From Mycobacterium asiaticum (lineage in GTDB: Bacteria; Actinomycetota; Actinomycetes; Mycobacteriales; Mycobacteriaceae), in NCBI RefSeq assembly GCF_001673365.1, contig NZ_LZLS01000065.1:69731-93730 (forward strand): 24,000 bases of DNA, in the 5' to 3' direction. Made by a program: the position numbers and the translations under genes. Under the pieces are notes generated by a model. That model searched no databases, had not been told where the DNA came from, and worked only from the letters and a program-made list of their open reading frames with translations. The stretch's first letter is position 1. The number at the start of each line of letters is the position of its first letter. Positions 23,787 through 24,000 of the stretch are shown in pieces.

Positions 23787-24000
23787 ACCATCAACGGCAA
23801 CAGCTGAATCCGGCGGAGCAGGATGGTCCGATCGCTGGTCCTATCGCGTCGACCACCCCGGCCGCATCCGCACCTGTCAACGGGCAATCCCGGCCGTTAC
23901 CGTCAGGGAATAGTGGTGCCCCATGTGGCACCACAGGATCCGCCAAACGCTCGGTAGGCCAACGCATCTCCGCATCTGCTATCGACGTCATTAGTAGTCG
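23783..24000 (+). CDS. Partial ORF translationally coupled to the coupling ATPase (possible relaxase or replication-relaxation-type partner, unproven)
   Basis: ATG at 23783 overlaps the upstream TGA (ATGA). My translation MNHQRQQLNPAEQDGPIAGPIASTTPAASAPVNGQSRPLPSGNSGAPCGTTGSAKRSVGQRISASAIDVISS... stays open to the window end. It is missing from the ORF track because no stop lies in the window. The visible part is low complexity only. Confidence 0.4.
   Translation, partial: MNHQRQQLNPAEQDGPIAGPIASTTPAASAPVNGQSRPLPSGNSGAPCGTTGSAKRSVGQRISASAIDVISS

Noticed and set aside
1-24000. Scan for CRISPR arrays, tRNA/rRNA genes, IS transposases, integrases and terminal att repeats
   Set aside because: I saw no regularly spaced direct repeats, no tRNA-like T-arm or acceptor patterns, and no DDE, tyrosine or serine recombinase-like ORFs. 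The island boundaries presumably lie outside this window.

Overview
High-GC, actinobacterial-type DNA that reads as accessory or mobile-island sequence. The left 5.6 kb is a DNA phosphorothioation (dnd) modification module. dndD is cut by the left edge and missing from the ORF track, so I translated it by hand. dndD, dndC and dndB sit on the minus strand with 4-nt start/stop overlaps, and dndA is divergent on the plus strand. dndE is expected beyond nt 1. No dndFGH-like restriction genes lie on the dndA side. The next ~15.6 kb (5.6-21.2 kb) holds small operons and single genes, mostly uncharacterised. These include a three-gene operon convergent on dndA, a frameshifted gene, Cys/His-rich small proteins, and a 489-aa wHTH/coiled-coil protein. 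There is also a DUF2188 / 206-aa / PIN-like operon, a glycine-rich ORF, and several ORFans. A tightly coupled block at 17.1-21.2 kb encodes two vWA/MIDAS proteins (one a predicted lipoprotein), a 4-TM protein, a small 2-TM protein and two unknowns. The right end has an AT-rich, repeat-dense intergenic region. It is followed by a small ORF that appears frameshifted, a TraD/VirD4-like coupling ATPase, and a translationally coupled partial ORF. This suggests dnd is cargo of a conjugative or mobilisable element. I found no rRNA, tRNA, CRISPR array, transposase or integrase. All family assignments rest on motifs read by eye and on memory of families. No searches were run.
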